A stretch of DNA of 64,000 nucleotides, taken from Nitrospirota bacterium (lineage in GTDB: Bacteria; Nitrospirota; JACRHJ01). The notes beneath the pieces are model-generated. The model was not told the DNA's origin, did no database searches, and worked only from the letters and a program-made list of their open reading frames with translations. The DNA lies in NCBI GenBank assembly GCA_963698885.1, contig CAVOSJ010000007.1, positions 25,554-89,553 of the forward strand, given 5' to 3'. The position numbers were made by a program, and so were the translations under genes. Positions 60,721 through 64,000 of this stretch are shown one piece after another; within the stretch, counting starts at the first letter, position 1; every line of letters starts with the position of its first letter.

Positions 60721-60740
60721 AATTTAGGGAGCGAGGACAT

Positions 60741-61388
60741 ATGTCCAAAGGTTTTTTCATCACATTAGAAGGCATTGAGGGCTGCGGGAAGACCACCCAG
60801 GCGAAGCTTCTGGGCGAGTACCTGAAGGGGGAGGGCCGCGAAGTCGTTTCTACACGCGAGCCGGGCGGGACGGCCATCGGCAAAAGGATTCGGGAAATCC
60901 TGCTGGACCCGAAAAGCGCCGGGATGGACAGAAGCGCCGAGCTTCTGCTCTACTTCGCCGACCGCGCACAGCACGTCGCCGAAGTGATAGAGCCCGCGCT
61001 GACGAGAGGCGCGGTCGTGATATGCGACCGGTTCGTCGATGCCACCGCCGCGTACCAGGGCTTCGGCAGAGGTCTTGACATGGATACTATCGCCGACCTG
61101 ACGGAGGCGGCGACGCACGGCCTGACGCCGGATTTGACGCTTCTCCTCGACCTGCCGGTCGGGCAGGGCCTGAAGCGCGCCAGGAAGCGTAACGGCGATA
61201 ACGGGCAGGGGCAAGAAGGCCGGTTCGAGGAAGAGCCGGACGAGTTCCATGAGAAGGTGCGCCAGGGGTATCTGACCATCGCCTCCTGCGAGACGGACAG
61301 GTTTAGAATTATCGACGCTTCCGGCACGGTTGAAGAGATACAGGCGGCGATACGGAAAGTAGTAACGCCCCTTCTGTCCTCCTCTTAA
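60741..61388 (+). CDS. tmk: Thymidylate kinase
   Basis: EGIEGCGKTTQ, TREPGG, CDRF, AYQG. Confidence 0.97.
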   Translation: MSKGFFITLEGIEGCGKTTQAKLLGEYLKGEGREVVSTREPGGTAIGKRIREILLDPKSAGMDRSAELLLYFADRAQHVAEVIEPALTRGAVVICDRFVDATAAYQGFGRGLDMDTIADLTEAATHGLTPDLTLLLDLPVGQGLKRARKRNGDNGQGQEGRFEEEPDEFHEKVRQGYLTIASCETDRFRIIDASGTVEEIQAAIRKVVTPLLSSS

Positions 61389-61401
61389 CGGTAAATATAA
61401 A

Positions 61402-62418
61402 TTGAACTTTTCATCGATTTTAGGCCATGAGCGGCAGTTGGAGGTAATCCGGAGGAACTTATCCACCGGACAGCTCCCGCCGGCCTATCTCTTTTTCGGA
61501 GAGGAAGGGGTCGGCAAAAGGCTCGTCGCGCTCGCGCTTGCGAAGGCCCTGAACTGTTCGAACCCCACTCTTGACGGCGACTCGTGCGGGGTCTGCCAGA
61601 GCTGCCGGAATATAAATTCCGGCTGCCACCCGAATATCATGGCGGTGGGGCTGGAGCCGAACCCGGACACGGGGAAGATGCGCCAGGCGATAGTCATCGC
61701 GCAGGTCCGTGCGGCGCAGGAGTTCATATCGCTTAAGTCCGTCGGCGGCGGCAAGAAAGCGCTGATAGTTGACGGCGCGCACCTGATGAACGAGGAGGCG
61801 ATGAGCGCCTTCCTGAAGACACTGGAGGAGCCGCCGGCTGAAAGCCACATAGTGCTGGTGACATCGAGGCCGGACAGCCTTCTAACGACGGTATTATCCA
61901 GATGCCGGGCAGTCGGGTTCTCCTGCTTAAGCGAGGAGGCGCTGGCGCGCCTTTTGATGGAGAAGAAGGGGCTTCCGCACGAGGACGCGCTGATTGTCGC
62001 GCGCCTGACCGGCGGGAGGCCGGGTGAGGCGCTGGGAGTTGATCCTTCCGACCTGCTGGAGCGAAGGCGGGACGTCATAAAATTCATGAACAAGCTGCCG
62101 GAAAAAACTCTCCCGCAGGTTTTGAAAGCGGCGGAAAAGATGGCCGCCGATGAGGGCGTTCTCGAAGACCTCGTGGTGTTCGGGAGCGCATGGTTTAGAG
62201 ACATAATGATATTAAGCGCGGGCGCAAAAGAGTCGCTCGCAATCAACCGGGACTTAACTTCCGAGTTAAGGATATGGGTTGGGAGGATAGGCGGATGGAG
62301 GTCGGAGGAGGCGATTTCGCTCCTGGGGCAGACGGGCAGGGCGCTGGAGAGGACATTCAACAGGAGGTTGATGGCGGAGGACCTGTTCCTGAGGCTGAAG
62401 CGGGAAGTCCTGATCTGA
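61402..62418 (+). CDS. holB: DNA polymerase III delta-prime subunit
   Basis: ILGHE, AYLF.G..GVGK, CGVCQSC, LKTLEEP, SRC. Confidence 0.93.
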   Translation: MNFSSILGHERQLEVIRRNLSTGQLPPAYLFFGEEGVGKRLVALALAKALNCSNPTLDGDSCGVCQSCRNINSGCHPNIMAVGLEPNPDTGKMRQAIVIAQVRAAQEFISLKSVGGGKKALIVDGAHLMNEEAMSAFLKTLEEPPAESHIVLVTSRPDSLLTTVLSRCRAVGFSCLSEEALARLLMEKKGLPHEDALIVARLTGGRPGEALGVDPSDLLERRRDVIKFMNKLPEKTLPQVLKAAEKMAADEGVLEDLVVFGSAWFRDIMILSAGAKESLAINRDLTSELRIWVGRIGGWRSEEAISLLGQTGRALERTFNRRLMAEDLFLRLKREVLI

Positions 62419-63436
62419 GTCAGTCCGTGCCAGGGTTGCCAAAAGCGGAAGGGAAAGGGGCCGGGACGTTCAACGTCGTCGGCGTTAGGTACCGCGAAGG
62501 CTGCAAGGTATATAACTTCGACGCGGGGACGCTGTCTCTTTCCGTCGGAGATACGGTAATAGTTGACTCCGAGCAGGGGCTTGGCGTCGCGACCGTGGTG
62601 GGCGAGGTGCGCCCGGAAGAGCGCGGGCCGGCGGACAAACCGCTGAAAAGGGTCCTGCGCAAAGCAAGCGACGACGATAAAAGAAGGATAGAGAGAAACC
62701 GCGAGCTGGAGGACGAGGCGTTCAAGGTATGCCAGCAGAGGGTCTTCGAGCGAGAGATGGTGATGAAGCTCGTCCGGGTGGAATGGTCCTTCGACAACTC
62801 GAAGGCGACATTTTATTTTACCGCGGACGGCAGGGTGGATTTCCGCGACCTGGTAAAGGACCTCGCGCACAGGTTCCGCATAAGGATCGAGATGCGCCAG
62901 ATCGGAGTCCGGGACGAGGCGAAGATGCTTGGCGGCTTCGGGCCGTGCGGGCGGTCTCTTTGCTGCTCGACATTCCTCCGGGACTTCGAGCCTGTATCGA
63001 TCCGGATGGCGAAGAAGCAGGACCTCGTGCTGAACCCGGCGAAGATATCAGGCATCTGCGGCAGGCTGATGTGCTGCCTGGGCTACGAGTACAGCCTCTA
63101 CGATGACGCCAAAAAGACAGAGCGAAAGAGGTGCTGTCAGGACCGCCCCTGCGGCAAGAACGAGGCCGGGGTGGAAGAGGTGACGGTCCCGGCGGTTAAG
63201 GCGGCTCCGCAGCCGAAGCCGCGGGAAAATTCCAGCGGCGCGAGGCCCGCTACGGCGCAAGGGGGTCAAGGGACGCAAGGGGGTCAAGAGGGACAGGGGA
63301 CGCAAGAAGGGCAAAAAAGAAGAGGCGCAACGCCTGGCGCAAGCGCCGCAAGAAAAAACCCGGCGAAGGCGGCGGCGCACCGGAAGGCGGGGGCGGTGGC
63401 ACAGGAGCACCGGAAGGCGGAGGCGCTAGCGCGTGA
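62415..63436 (+). CDS. PSP1/RicT (YaaT) family protein with a Gly/Gln-rich tail; start approximate; indel near 63315
   Basis: FYFTADGRVDFRDLV, RIEMRQIGVRDE, GPCGR.LCC, ISGICGRLMCCL; the corrected tail ends at a TGA overlapping the metG GTG. Confidence 0.88.
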
Positions 63437-64000
63437 AGAACACGTTCTACATAACCACCCCGATCTACTACGTAAACGACGTCCCGCACATAGGCCACGC
63501 ATACACCACCGTCGCCGCGGACACCATGGCGCGGTACAAACGCCTCATCGGCGAGGACGTTTATTTCCTCACCGGGACGGACGAGCACGGCCAGAAGGTG
63601 GAGAAGACCGCCGCCGACAAGGGGCTTCAACCCCAGGAATTCGTGGACTCCATCGTTCCCCGATACAAGGAACTCTGGAAGCTGCTTAACATCTCCAACG
63701 ACGACTTCATCCGCACGACCGAAGACCGGCACAAAAAAGCAGTCCAGCACTTATTCAAGACCCTCCAGGATAAAGGCGACATCTACAAGGGCGAGTACGA
63801 GGACTGGTACTGCATCCCATGCGAGAGCTTCTGGACCGCCCTTCAATTAAAAGAGGGCAATAAATGCCCCGACTGCGGCCGGCCCGTGGAGAAGCTCAAA
63901 GAGGAGAGCTATTTCTTCCGGATGTCGAAATACGAAAAGCCGCTCCTTGAACATATCGAGGCGCATCCGGAGTTTATAGAGCCGGAGTCCCGCAGAAACG
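63433..64000 (+). CDS. metG: Methionyl-tRNA synthetase, 5' part (runs off the window)
   Basis: GTG start, then KNTFYITTPIYYVNDVPHIGH, LTGTDEHGQK, DFIRTT and a CxxC knuckle. Confidence 0.95.
   Translation, partial: MKNTFYITTPIYYVNDVPHIGHAYTTVAADTMARYKRLIGEDVYFLTGTDEHGQKVEKTAADKGLQPQEFVDSIVPRYKELWKLLNISNDDFIRTTEDRHKKAVQHLFKTLQDKGDIYKGEYEDWYCIPCESFWTALQLKEGNKCPDCGRPVEKLKEESYFFRMSKYEKPLLEHIEAHPEFIEPESRRN

Noticed and set aside
62274-63689. 471-aa ORF overlapping holB and metG
   Set aside because: The upstream in-frame extension and a 3' indel inflate PSP1; the corrected gene stops at 63436, overlapping the metG start.

Overview
GC-rich bacterial chromosome segment. Gene content (lolA, heptose genes, thiG, Ehr, tmk-holB-PSP1-metG) points to a diderm such as Nitrospirota or a deltaproteobacterial-type lineage; this is inference only. 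Core housekeeping blocks lie at 1-20.9 kb (mfd, gmhA/rfaE2, pdxA, rsmA, rnj, thiGEC, lolA, yajQ, diguanylate cyclase, aconitase, tRNA-Asn) and 49-64 kb (moaAC, pcrA, glmS, glmU, metH, tmk, holB, PSP1, metG). Between them is an accessory-looking block: an HU/IHF paralog, a secreted papain-family protease with five 435-bp repeats, an SPFH/Zn-ribbon pair, three paralogous PAS histidine kinases, a P-type ATPase and a Ni-free hydrogenase-related (Ehr) membrane complex. About 13 genes, several essential, carry small indels, most simply explained as long-read assembly errors. The most striking unexplained signals are non-coding. (1) Nine copies of a bipartite intergenic repeat, each half a hairpin plus a mirror-repeat tail. 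Substitutions covary across all three strands, as expected for an intramolecular triple helix. (2) A second, two-copy ~110-nt long-hairpin element whose G-U pairs and a compensatory change indicate structure on the transcribed strand.
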